46,727 nt of DNA from Reclinomonas americana ATCC 50394 (lineage: Eukaryota), in the NCBI GenBank assembly GCA_048213135.1, contig PS015194.1:73234-119960 (forward strand), given 5' to 3'. A program made the translations under genes and the position numbers. Under the pieces are notes generated by a model. The model saw only the letters and a list, made by a program, of their open reading frames with translations, had not been told where the DNA came from and ran no database searches. Below, in pieces: positions 24,961-37,600 of this stretch (positions within the stretch are counted from its first letter, which is position 1; every line of letters begins with the position of its first letter).

Positions 24961-26824
24961 ATGAGTGGGTGTGTGGAGTGGTTGCGTCGATGTAGGCAAC
25001 GCGCTGGCACTGTGTTGCTGCTCACCACTGCGGCGTTGTTAGTGGTGAGCCATATATACACAGAGTCGAATGGAAAACCACACGCCTTGTCATGCAACTC
25101 ATCTGTCTCTCATGCAGGATAACCTTGTCATGACGTGCGTTCTCTCTCTCTCTCTCTCCCGTACACCCCACTCTCTCTCATATTGTCTCGCTCACATGCA
25201 GCATCATTGTGCCCATCATTCCCGATTACCTCGACGAGAAGGGCTACTCGGCGACCCTCGTTGGCGTTCTCTTCTCCTCCAAGGCCATGGCGCAGCTGCT
25301 GGTACAGGTCGGTGCTTGCGCTCACGCGTGCTCTCTTGCTCTGCTCACTCTTCTGTGCGGGAAACAGCCACTGGTGGGCTTGGTGACGGATCGTGTGGGC
25401 CGTCTGGTGCCACTGCTGTTTGGCATGCTGATTCTCACGGGCGCCACGCTGATGTATGCCTTTGGTGGCTCCTACGCGTTGCTGTTGACCGCACGAGCGA
25501 TTCAAGGTGTGGGTTCCGCCTGTTCCACCACGGCGGGAATGGCCATGTTGGCGGATCAGTATCACGATGATGCGGCGCGTGGGGCGGCGTTTGGCAAGGC
25601 GCTGGGCGGGCTGGCGGTGGGCATCCTGCTGGGACCGCCGCTGGGTGGTGTGTTGTACCATGCGGGTGGCATCAAACTGCCGTTCCTGCTGCTGGCGGGC
25701 ATGTCGGGTTTGGTGTTGGTGCTGCAGGCGGTGTTTCTGCGGTACGATGCGCCTCCGCGGCGACGAAAGCAACAGGCGGGAGAGGTGATGTTGCTTGGCA
25801 GCGTCACCGACTCGGAGGGTGGCGACAACAACAAGACGGCGGTGGTGGTGGAGAAGGAGCGGTCGCGCCAGATGCACATGCTGCACATGCTGCGCGATCC
25901 GTACATTCTGCTCATCTTTATCGAGCTGATTGTGATGACCACCAGTGTGGCGTTCCTCGAACCCTGTTGCGTCGCGCGTCATTTGCTTTTGAGTACCGCT
26001 GCGGTTGCTGACGTGAGAGAGAATGCGGCAGGCCTGCCGACTTTTATGAAGGACCGCTTCAACTCCTCGTCGGTGGCGACGGGTCTCATTTTCGCGGCCG
26101 CCACTGCTTCGTACGCCATCTTCAATCCGATCATGGGTGCACTCGGTGAGAATCTTGCCCGCAGAGTGCGTGTGCGTGTGTGTGTATAGCACAGAACTGA
26201 CACGTATCTCGGCAGGGCATCGACTTGGTCGCTGGCTGTGTGTCCTGATTGGCGCGCTGCTGCTGATGCTGTGGCTGCCACTGCTGTCGGTCGGCAACTC
26301 GCAGTACTGGCTCATCTTCCCGCTCTTTGGCTTCGGCTTGAGTTTCGCTCTCATCGACTCGAGTGTCATGCCCATGTTGGCGTTCCTGCTCGACGTCCGC
26401 CACAACTCGGGTTCATACGGCAGCGTCTTTGCGGCGGCCGACATGGGCCAGCAGCTGGGTTTTATCATCGGTGTGTGCGTGTGTGTATAGCATACCTGGC
26501 AGTTCCTGGAAGAGACTGACACTGCTGGCAGGCCCATTGCTTGGCACGGCCATTTATGACAACACATCGTGGTTGACTGCCTGCCTGATTGTCGGCGGCA
26601 TCAATGTGATTTCCGCGCCCTTTATGCTTTTCCTCCGAAAACCCACGCAGTACTTGGATGTGGCCGACAAGGATGCGGACGGCCGCACCGAACTGGACGG
26701 CAATGCCACGCCGATACTACCTGCCGGCATGAGATCACAGGTGCGTACGAAACTCGTGTTCAAGACCACAGCGTGCGTGACTGCTCATTTCTCCGCTGTG
26801 CAGAGCTCGTCAACGATACAATAA
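24961..26824 (+). CDS. SLC18A: SLC18-family (VMAT/VAChT-like) vesicular amine:H+ antiporter, MFS. Exons 24961-25044, 25118-25134, 25202-25307, 25368-25965, 26032-26145, 26216-26470, 26532-26740, 26804-26824
   Basis: Spliced protein: ALLVDNLVMTIIVPIIPDYL, VGVLFSSKAMAQLLVQPLVGLVTDRVG, SYALLLTARAIQGVGSACSTTAGMAMLADQYHDDAARG, GILLGPPLGGVLY, LRDPYIL, LEPCLPTFM, GHRLGRWLC, IDSSVMPMLAFLLDVRH..SYGSVFAAADMG..GFIIGP. These are colinear with VMAT motifs LLDNMLLTVVVPIIP, VGLLFASK, KDPYIL, LEPALPIWM, GRWLC and VDSSMMPIMGYLVDLRH..YGSVYAIAD. All seven introns are GT-AG and keep the frame. Confidence 0.93.
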
Positions 26825-26849
26825 AACAAGCAATCATTATATTCTATCC

Positions 26850-29800
26850 TCACTGATGAGGGGGTGCAGGTGGTGGTGGCGTTGGAGGTGGTGGAGGAGG
26901 AGGAGGTGGTGGTGGTGGCGACTGCACGGTTCCTCGACGGTGACCACGGGCAGAGGAGCTTGACCTGCCGACAAGTTCCAGGACCACCTCGTGCTGCGCC
27001 TGCTGCAACGAGAGGTGCAGGCGGCGAAGCATCTCGGAGTTGCTGTCGCGCAGCACGTGATGGATTCGACCGAGGAGCTGCTCGACCTCTGCGTGTGCCA
27101 TGCAGTGTTAGCGCACGGGAATCAGCAGGCGAAGAGCATGCGTGCACAACGTGCCTTGAGCGTAATTCTCGGAGGTCGGCGCTCGTGCACCCCCACTGAT
27201 CGAGGTCGCTGTCGCAGTTGCTGTGGTGCTAGTTGTTGTTGCTGTCGTGGTCGTCGTGGCGGTACTGGTGCCGCGCAAAACCGATGGTGACCGCGAGTGC
27301 GAGCGGCGTCTGTGTGGGCGACAGAATGAGAGGTTGATGTGAGTCGGTAAGCACGAACTGCACGCAACTCCCGATCCACTCGGCGTCCGTGAAAGCTCCA
27401 CAGCGCACTTCGCACAACCTCAACGTCTGCTCAGTTGGTGAGAAGAAGAATTATAGTATTCGACACAGGTGATATCAACGCCCCCACTCGAACACACCTC
27501 GCGGGACCACGCCTTCCAGCTGCGCTGCAGAGACACGCGCGAGATCGCCAATGGTGGCAAAACGTGCACACAACATCTGAAACACGGACGTATTCTTGCC
27601 ACGAGCAGACACTGCCAGCACCGACAGCGGCTCGGTCGACTCCACCAGCCGCACACACAGTGGCTCCTCTGTGACAGTTTTTGTCAGAAAACAAACCGAC
27701 ATGAGATACTCAAGAGACGGAGTGTGCTGACCCGCTGTGCCATCCACCATCATGGCATCCGACGAGTCGCTGTCGCCATCCGACATGTCGGCCACCAATG
27801 TTGAGCTACCGCTCTGCATGTCGGGTGGCAGCGCGGTGTCGGGATTGGCGGCCAGTGTCGCCGCCCACTCGGCCAGTTGCTTGTGCCGCAAGCGAGTTCG
27901 TTGGCGCGCTGTCCCCATTTCCCCCCCGTGCGTGGTGAGTCTATATTCCGTCGCGGAGAGCAGGCAGCAGTACTCACCGGCACGTCGGCGGCGCACGGGT
28001 TCAGTCGACTTGGAGGCCTGGTGAAGGGTGGTGAGGTAAGAATGAACATGGTCTCTCGTCATCCACGCACCCTCGACTCCTGACTCTCGGTGAGATTGAA
28101 TTGCACGCGATGTGGCGATCGAGCAGACATGGATGACGACGACGAGCCTGGCGACGACGTTGATCTTCCTGCGGCGATATTCAGCACGATGTGCGCACGG
28201 CTAGTTCTTCTCTCATGCGACGCAACTCATGGCTATTGCATCCTTGCTGTCTTCTTCGCTGGCCGACGACATCCCCGATCGGTCGCCAAGTGGCAGTGGT
28301 GCTGCCGGTGGCGGGGGTGGGGGTGGTGGCGGCGGCGGCATGGGTGGTGTACCATCCACGGTTTCTGGACTCGACGCTGTGATGGGAATGAAGAATGAAA
28401 ACACGAGCAGCCGCAACACAACATGAGAGCTCTGGGTGCGACGAAACGGGACGATAGCGGAAGCGTCACTGTTTGCTCCTCCACTGCGGGCGCCGAGACG
28501 GGCCAGACTTGCAGGGAGAGAGACTCCGACAACTCTGCACTGGAAAAGATGGTGTACGGAAGGTGGTGCTCGACCGCCGTCGCGGCAGCAGCAGCAGCCG
28601 GCGCGGTGACGGTGAGGAGCGGTGGTGTCAGGTCGACGGGCATTTCTCGTTCCTCAGCCGCTTCCTCCGTCACTTGCGGCTCATCGCTCTTGCGCTCGGT
28701 GGTGCAAGTCTCCATCGGTTCCACCACCTGCTCCTCTTCTTTCTCTTCTTCGACAATCGCCTCGGCAAAGTGTTCCACAGGCGGCGGCTGCGGTGCTTGT
28801 GGCGAAAAGGCCGCCGGCGATTCTGTGCGCACAATGTGCGTGAGCTTCCCCGTCTTGTTGTATTGACGGAGGCCAATATGCGAACGCACCCGGCAACTGT
28901 GAAATCGGAGCCTGCGAGGCCGGATCCAGTTCCGTATACGTGACCGGCGCTTGTAATCTCTGCCACAGTACGTACCGGTTTTGCAGTGAGCGAAAAGAGC
29001 AAAAAACACTTTCATCAACCCCCCCACAACAAACCTGCTGCGCCGCCTTCTCGCGCTGGTGATCGGTCATTAACTTTCGGCGCTTGCGAGCTCGCGTGTC
29101 GATGGTAACAAATTCGGTACTGCCGCTCGACGGTGTGCGCGAGAGCGGCTGATACTTTTCCTGCGTCGGAGTCTCGCCTCCCGACACAGTGGTATCTGCA
29201 GCCGTGTGCGTGAGCAATCGGGTTGAAGGGCAGAGGTGCGGTGCGTACACAACCTGTAGGGCGCTTGCGTGAGTCGCTCGAAACCGCCGACAGCTGCGAG
29301 AGGCTGGAGAGTGGCGAGTCCTCGTCAAGCAGCGATCGGCGACGACGACGCGTGTGCGTTGATGACGAGGCCGACGACGACAGCAGTGGAGGAATGAAGC
29401 TGCCCACAGACGACGCTTCTTCCTGTGTGTTGTTGCCCATGAGCACTCCGAGAATCACCACCGGCGCCGCGCCTCCAGCCGCAGCCTCGGCAGACGAAGC
29501 GGACAGCGGGAGAGAAACGGACGACGGCGGCGCCGGTGGTGGAGGTCCGGGGAAATTGGGAAGTGGCAGTGTTGGTGCCACCAGCTGCACGGCGCATCGA
29601 TGAGGAAGGAACGGCTTTCAAGCGGGGACGCGATAAAACAAAACTCGGATCTCTCGGAGCACACGCTCGAGATCGGGTGGATACTGCAGCGTGCGCACGG
29701 CGCGTTCACCGAATGTCATCCGCCACCACTGCAGCGTGTCGTCCACGAGGTGCTGTCGACGGGACCGCTCGAACACAGCCAGCAGGACCGGTGCGAACAC

Positions 29801-32800
29801 CGACAGGTGCTACAGAGGCGCAACATTGTCAGGGCGATACATCGCAATCGTGCACACAAACACGTAACGACGAACCTCACTGGTGAGTTCCGTGGACTCG
29901 GTGACAGAGTTGAATAGTGAGGCCAGGTTGAGCCAGCACTTCTCCACCGAGGAACGCAGCACACTGTGTGGCGATTGCAAAAATGGCAGAGGGCTCGGCA
30001 GCGAGCTGCTCAGCGATCCGCGTTCGAACACCGACAGCTCTGGTGCGCGTAAGACAATCAGAGAAATGGGGTGTACTGCAGAGACGACATGCACATGTTC
30101 CTCAACCTGTCATTCCCTCCGGCACGGGCTCGATCAACTGTGCCAGTGCACTGCACGTACCACTGGCCAGACACATGAGGTCGGTGGCGCTGCGTTTCAT
30201 GGACTGCATTCGATGCACATGAGTGGACCGGCGAGGCGCAGAAAAGGAACGGGAAGTGCCACCTACTTCCATCAGAGAAAAGTACACGTCGAGAATGGCC
30301 TCGTCAAGCGCCACTGTGCGTGGCTCTTGCACAACGCAACGCAGCAAGCGATCCATTATCGTCGATAACGAACGAACCACACTGCGCAGCAGAGTGCTGT
30401 CAGACGCCAGCAAGCACAAAGCAGACAGAGACACAATGACGCACCAGTGTTCGGGGTGGGTGACGGAGAGAGGCGCCGACACGGACGAGTGGTGCAGGTC
30501 TCGACTAATGTCCTTCAGGCTGACATCGTGTCGGAAACATTCACGCAGACCAGCGCGCACCGCCGAATCCGGAGACGCCAGGAGCGACTTGGAGCACATG
30601 CTTGCTGTCAGGAGTGACATGACGGAGACAACGAGGCGGGTGTTTGGACTGTGCGCACACCAACAGTAATTCAGCATCCGCAACACATTTGCCGTCACAA
30701 GCCAACGCAGTACGCACCACGCCTGAAGAAGTTTCGCACACACGTGGAGCGTGATGTTGGCAATGTCGCAAGCCGCTTGCACATCCGCAGCCATGATCAC
30801 ACGCAACAGCTCCAGCAGCACCGACTCCACGCGGGCTAGCAGCATCTCGTGGAAGTCGACTGCGAGCGGCCACAACACGAAACGAAGCACGATCGAAAGG
30901 CCTCCGCTACGTGGCGTGTGGTGTCGAATGTCGGTGCCGAGTACTGACGCGTATCTGCCTTCGTCGAAAGCGTGCACGAGAATATCGCCTGCAACGCCGC
31001 GGGGGATATGAGCAATCGGAAAAGCAGGAGAACAGCGCAACAACTCACCAAAGTACGCCCACAAGCACACGGCTCGCGAGACCCCGTCTTGCTGCTGCGC
31101 GATGCTGCTGGTGTAGTCGGTGAGACACTCCAACAGCTCCAACTGCGCCATCGTGGTGTCAGCCATTCACACGCATGCACACGTGATGATTGAAAAAAAG
31201 ACAAACCGCGGGAAACGCCGAGAGTGCATGCTGCAGAATACCGTGCAGATGGTCTGCAAACATCGCTGTCGACAGCGTGGAGTCGACGTCGACCTCCCAC
31301 GTTTCACGCAGCGTCTTGTCAAAAACGCACAGCGCTACCAATGCGCACACCTCTGCACAACTCGATTCGAATGAGTAGCGCCGTATGAGTGACGCGCGAG
31401 AGGCGAGCAGACAGTCCGCACCGTAGAGAGAGAACACTGGCATGGCTTTCGCCTCGGCGCTCCACCCGCGACATGAGCTGCACGTGAGATTCGCATCAGC
31501 AGACACGCAGACGAGGTCGAAACCTACAAGAGTGCGACATCACTCAACGATGGCACATCCTGCGGCGCAAAGAGGAACAATGACGAGGCGCCCGCGTGTG
31601 CCGGTATCCGCCGGGTCAGCAAGTACAACAAGTGCGCCAGTGAAGGCGATCGCTTCCCTTCCAGTTCGATTGGTGTGAGCTCTGCTCTCTTGGTGGTGAG
31701 CCACGGTTCGCTACCCGCGCAAGGCGACAACATCAAAACCTGAAAACATCGGCAGCAGCCACTGCATGAATGCGCTGCTGCAGGCACGTCGCAAGTTGAT
31801 AACCTCGTTCTCTGATGGTGGGCGGCGACCTGGAGCCAGCAGGAGCACAAGAGCCGGGAAGATGGAGGCCGTGTATCGAATGACGTGATGCGTCAGTGTC
31901 TCCACATGCTGAGACGAAAAGGACACGTTGAGCGATGACAGGACGCACACACAAGCAAGGTTGTGCAGCAGCACACCTGTGGATGAGTGCCACGTTGAAT
32001 CAAAGAGTGCAGCGACGACATGATGGGGATGGGAGCCTGAATCAAGCACTGCCAGGTGTCGCCCAGGAAGGCAATGACGTGCACAACATTGGCGATGGTG
32101 CCTGGGGCGCGCTGTTCCATGGAGGCGCCAGGAACTACGGCAATCGCAGTTGCAAGCGCACTCCGCTGGGCAGCCACCGACTGGTCTGCAGGCATTGGCG
32201 GTGAGTTTTCACGACGGCGTAACGAGAAAAAGAGAGAGAGAGAGGCGCTAACCATCTGACGGTTTGCTCTCAAACGCCACCGAGGCGAACGTCTCCAACG
32301 CCCCGAAAATCTCCTCCGCCAGCGCCCGGCTGGCCACGCGCAGAGCAATACGAGACAGCACCACCACTAGGTGATGTACGTTCTGTGGTGTGACAGCATT
32401 CAGAGAGACGACGGACTGACATGCCACGGGCGGGAGGCTCACCGATTGTGCATCCACGGTCGTCCACTTGTACTTGCGATCCATCAGCTTCCGAAAGAGT
32501 AACCTGGACGACATGGTGGCCAACATGTGGCCAAACAAGCGTGCAACCGCCGTGTACAGCGGTGACGGTTCCAGCGGTGCACCTTTCGCGACAGACACGA
32601 GAGATAATCTGCAGTCGCGGATTAGAAGAAATACAACTTGTTTGTGTGGGTCGGTGACATCAGTACCTCTTGAGCGCCTGTATGGGCGGACCGAGCGAGC
32701 ACTCGCACTTGACGGTATCCATGCGGTCATTGTTGCCGCTGTTGCTGCCACTACCACCGGTGCAGTCGCTGTTGAAGACGTCGAACACGAGGTGCCAGAT

Positions 32801-34475
32801 GTTAAAGATACACACAGCGGCCTCTGGCGACAGGGGCGAAGAGCCGCCACTGGCCGCGACGCCCTTGTCCTTCACGCCGTTGACGACGCCGCCACCGCTG
32901 GCCTCAATCATCACTTGGTGTCCCATGAGCAGTAGCCGATTGGCGAGTTTGCTCGAGGCCATTCGGCTGCCCAGCAGAAACACCAGGTAGCCCCACATGC
33001 GCACCCGAGTGACATCGTCGCCAATGGCCTGCAGAAGCGTGAGCATGCGCAGCGGTGCCTGTGTCACCACCGCAGTCAGCACCACACAACCATCCCTCGA
33101 TTGCCATGATACACCACGCACTTCAGCATCGCTCTGCAAGCGCTGGCGCATTTCATCAAACGAGACGCCTTCCACAGACTGCACAATCGCATCGGCGAGG
33201 GTTCGAAGCGGACCCGTGCGGTGCGACATGGCCACTCGACGATACTCGAGACACATATGCTCGATCGCGGCAGCAGTGGAGCACAACTCTGCTGCTGTTC
33301 CGGCAGCCACAGAAAACACGGACGCCTGCGACTCGTCGGCACCACCACCACCACCAGCGACACCACCGCCACTGCCTCCTCCTGCTCCCAGACTCTTCAA
33401 GTGTCGCGTGAAGAGCGGCGCGAGCCACGTATGAGCACTGGAGAACATGACGGGAGAGTGTCGTCGGAAGAGTGCCAAGAGAGCCTGCGAGTGATCGGGT
33501 GGGTGGGTGGGTGGAGAGGGAGGACTTTGGATGGTGGCAGCGCGCAACATTGACCGCCAGATTCTCCACCATTGGTGTGGTGGACGACGACTGTTCGCCC
33601 ACAGCCAAGCGCACGAGCGCGTGTACTATGCCGTCGAGAAACTCCTCCTCCACCGCCGGTCGCAGGCGCATGTAGTACACTGCGAGTGCTGCCGAGCACA
33701 CCAATCTCTGCTTGCAAGCACATGAAACGAGGCTTGTGTCATCCGAACCCCCTGGCGATGCACACATACGACAGACACAACACACTGACCGTCACCGACG
33801 ACTCCAACAGCTGCAGCAGCGACGCCGCAAACGATTGTTGCAAGTCGTCTGCAACATGCGCAGCACAACAGTCAGATCACGTCGCCAGTAGACATTGCCG
33901 ACGACCACTGCACCTGATACGAGACACTGGGGACCATCGGTCACCTGCGCACAGCAGACGACCTGCGAGAAGACGAGAACCGCCCGCGAGGTACTGCGTG
34001 CAAGGAACACAGTTTGGTGGTGAACGACGATCGGCGTGGGATCCCACGGCGACATGCATGCTCACCAGAACACCTGCGATTCCATGTCGTGCTTGATCGA
34101 CTTGGATGTGGGCGGCCTGACAGTGTCACGCACTCGCTGCAGTGCGTCCGCGTGCAGATCGCCCTGCAACAGAGTGCGACACAGTTGTGGAAAGAGATCA
34201 CGCATGTGATCCGAACTGTGCGAGGCCGCGCATTCCAGCAACTCGGGGAGCCACTCGAGCTGTGCGATCGCGGTCGGAGTGGCGAGTCAAGGACACACAT
34301 GCGTGAGTGAGACGAGAGAGCGAGGAGGAGAGAAGGGAAGAAGGATATGAGTGGCGAGTGTTGTGTACTCGGCGATGCGTGCGGCCGAGGTGGTGGTTGC
34401 CGTGCTGCACACCTCGATGGCGCGCGTCAGGTGTGCGACGAGGGAGTCCACAGAGTGTGGATCCTCGTCGCCCAT
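26850..34475 (-). CDS. RIF1: Telomere-associated / replication-timing protein RIF1 (N-terminal HEAT repeats, disordered middle, C-terminal RVxF motif and CTD)
   Basis: ATG at 34475 (MGDEDPHS) and helical HEAT-like exons including RMWGYLVFLLG..LANRLL. EFVTI...LMTDHQRE...PVTYTELD resembles metazoan Rif1 DFVFI...LTDHQKE...PAMYNNLD. SPHRVQF (RVQF at 28098-28109) is a PP1 motif, and ARFATIGDLARVS resembles IKTIGDLSTL. A final helical exon ends at 26850. Confidence 0.85.
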
Positions 34476-34673
34476 GCTCGATGGTCGAGCAAGAGTCGAA
34501 GAGGGATGTCGATGTGGGACAGGATGACGTCGGCCATCGAAAGACACGAGAAGGCGCACTTGCGCATGTTTCGGCAGGCATTGTTCAACCAATTCACTTG
34601 CTTCAAAAAGAAACCCATCACCAAACTTCCTCTATGACCTAAAAATAAAATGCAACACGTGCGTTGCTGTTGC

Positions 34674-37600
34674 TTACTTCTTGATGCCGTGGAAGTCAGT
34701 GATGTAGTTGATCCACTCCTGGAAGTTCGGGCTGCCGAGACCAGTCACTGTCACACGCACACAGAACAGGTGAGTGGATTGGCGGAGCACATGTCATGCC
34801 GTGCTGCTCAAAACTAACCTGGATCCCATCCGGCAGCAGCCTCGAAACCGTACTGGCAGCACCACTGGCGATTGCACTTGTTGTTGCCGGAGGTGATGTC
34901 GTTGAAACTGCACGAGTCGCAAGACGAGGTAAGCGTCAACAAATGATCACTTGAATTGTGTAGTGATGTACGCAACGCGGCAGGGTGATCCGTGGCCATC
35001 TGGTACAGCATCGGGTTCAGGTAGCCGACCACCGGCTTGCCATTGGCAATCAGCACTTCGTTGACCAGCGAGACGAGGCCGGCCAGAGCGGGGCTCGAGC
35101 ACGACGTGCCGTCGACGGCAATCTATGACAGCCAGCAACAGTCAGCACACACGCACACACACACAAAACATCTCCGCTCATCTTCCTCGCACACACACAC
35201 ACACCTGCTTGCAGGGGCAATCATCGCCGGAGCTGTTGGAGATGAAGATGTTGTAGTGGTGGCCGTTGAACGCCAGATCGGGGTAGCCACGCTTGGAGCT
35301 GTCGAAAGTGCTCGACGGCGGAAGCGACACACCCGAGTTGACGTACGAGTTGACAAACGAGGTCTGGAACGACGGCTGCGGGTTCATGGCCGAGAAGCCG
35401 CCACCGGTGGTGATGATGGCACCGGTCAGAATCGAGGCGGCCACCTCGCTGGTGATGGTGGAGCCGGAGCTGATGAACTGGGTGGCACCGACCGAGGTCA
35501 CGTACGGCGACGAGGTCGGGTAGTCGGGGTTGAGGGCGCGACCGCCGCTGGGCGAGTAGCCGGCGTAGGCCGAGATGGTGATGTCGCCGGCGGAGGCCGA
35601 CTTGAGCTTCGAGCACGTGCACTTGGAGGCGATGTGGTAGCCCTGGCGCGAGTCCTGATCGAGGTTCACGTCGCACGACGGGTTGGCGTTGACAAAGGCG
35701 TTCAGCGCATCGTTCACGCTCGAGTCCTGCAGAATGGTCGAGCAGGCGTTGGAGCCGAGGCCCATCGGGAAGTAGCAGTTGCCGGTGGTCGAGGAGGAGG
35801 TGAAGGTGAGCTGGTGGGGAGGAGAAGGTGAGTAATGGGCGAGGGCGATAAGAGAGAGAGTGTGTGTGCAAGACGTACCATGCCGCACTTGGTCGACGTG
35901 TGCTGGCAGCCACCAATCGGGCAGTAGTGCGAGTCATCAATCGGGCAGTTGCCGTCGGCGCCTGCAGCAGCAACGCGGTCAGACGAGTGGGCACGAGATA
36001 CGAAAAAATGAAAACACAGTGAGCTCACCGCCAAGGCCTGGGGAGCCGTCGTCACCGTCGGAGACGAGGATGGTGATGCCGCGAGTTCTACACGACACGG
36101 CGGAATGAGCGCAGAGCAGCAAGGACGAGACGACGTGGAGAGTTGCACAACATACCCGAGCAGCTTGAGGTTCTGGTCCGTGCGGGCAACGTACTGCGCC
36201 GAGTCGTAGCCGAGAGCTGCGGGGAGGAGTGAAGATTTGAGCGCGGATGATAGCTTATCCAAACAGACACAAATACACACGCACCCTGGCACTGCACGGT
36301 GGCGATCTGGCACTGGCCAAACTCGCTCCAGCCGTACGACACCGAGTTCACCAGCGGCGTCTTCGGGTCCTGGATCAGCTCGTCGGTCCATTGCAGAATC
36401 CACTGTGGAGGGACGGTGGTGAGCAAGCAGAAGGGCGACGGAGAGGCGACAAAGGCACGCAACGTAGCCGTCAGCGTGGTTGTTGAAGGTGGTGGTGACG
36501 TTCACGCCCATGGCGGAGATGTACTGGACTGTGCGGGGTGGAGAAAAAGGCGGTGATGAGCAGAGAGTCGCGGTTAGGAAAAGCAGAGTCACAAACAAAC
36601 AACACACCATCGAGATCGCTCTCGCCCTGATCGCAGTTCGGGAGGCCTGTGTCGCACATGTGAGCAAACGAGACCGCGCGCTGCAATGACAGTCACACGC
36701 AACAGTCGGGGCCGATCTTGGCGACCGGGTTGTGCGCGAGGTGGTACAGCGTCTGGAAGTTAGTCAGCGCGCCCTGTTGTACGCATCTGGTAAGCAAAGC
36801 TCCATAACACCGCAGCAAGCAAGGCACCGCGCAGCAGCACGCAACGCGAGAGTAGTAATCGTTAAAAGCGGCAATGCTCTGCGTGTTGTTCGGCTGCGTG
36901 CCCGTCAGCGACGACGGCACATTGTAGTAGCCTGTATACGCAAATCAGCAAGCAGAAGCTGGTGGGCGCAGCGATACGACTTGCCAAAACCAGCACGCAA
37001 CTGCGCAGCACGTCGGGCGTGATCAGCAGGTTGGTGTCGGCCAGCGGCTCCGTGTGCCGCTGCGCCACATGGCGCGTCTCCGAGATCATCTCCGAGAGGC
37101 CCAGAATCAGTTCCACGTGCGCGGCCAGATCCGCCGGAATCGACAAATCGCCAATGTGTCGCGCATACGTGCGCCCCGACGGCGTGTGTCGCACATCGAC
37201 GAGCGTCGTCTCAAACATGGTCTCCACGCGCGCAGCCGTCGTGCGCACCTCCAGCGAGTGCAGCGTGCGTCGGAACTCACTCACGCCGTGCGAGCGCAGC
37301 CACTGCTCAACGGCCGCAAACGAGGCCTCGCTCGGCCCATAACGGGCGGCCGTCTCCTCGCGCGTCAGGTACTGTCCGTACACCGCCGACTTGGGGTTCG
37401 ACACGGACCAGAAGAACGACTCGAGGTCCTCTGTGTGTTTGAGGAAAATGCTCAGTGATCATGCACGACAAGAACTGCAGCGTGTACACGTGTCAATGTG
37501 CAGCAACGAGCGAAAAGACAAGGGCGGGACAAGGGAAGAGGGAGAGAGAGAGAGCAAGTTTGGGGGTCTCATGCGCCATGTGTGATCTACTACTACGCAA

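Noticed and set aside
25128-26567. 479-aa minus-strand ORF
   Set aside because: Antisense to the well-supported SLC18 gene.
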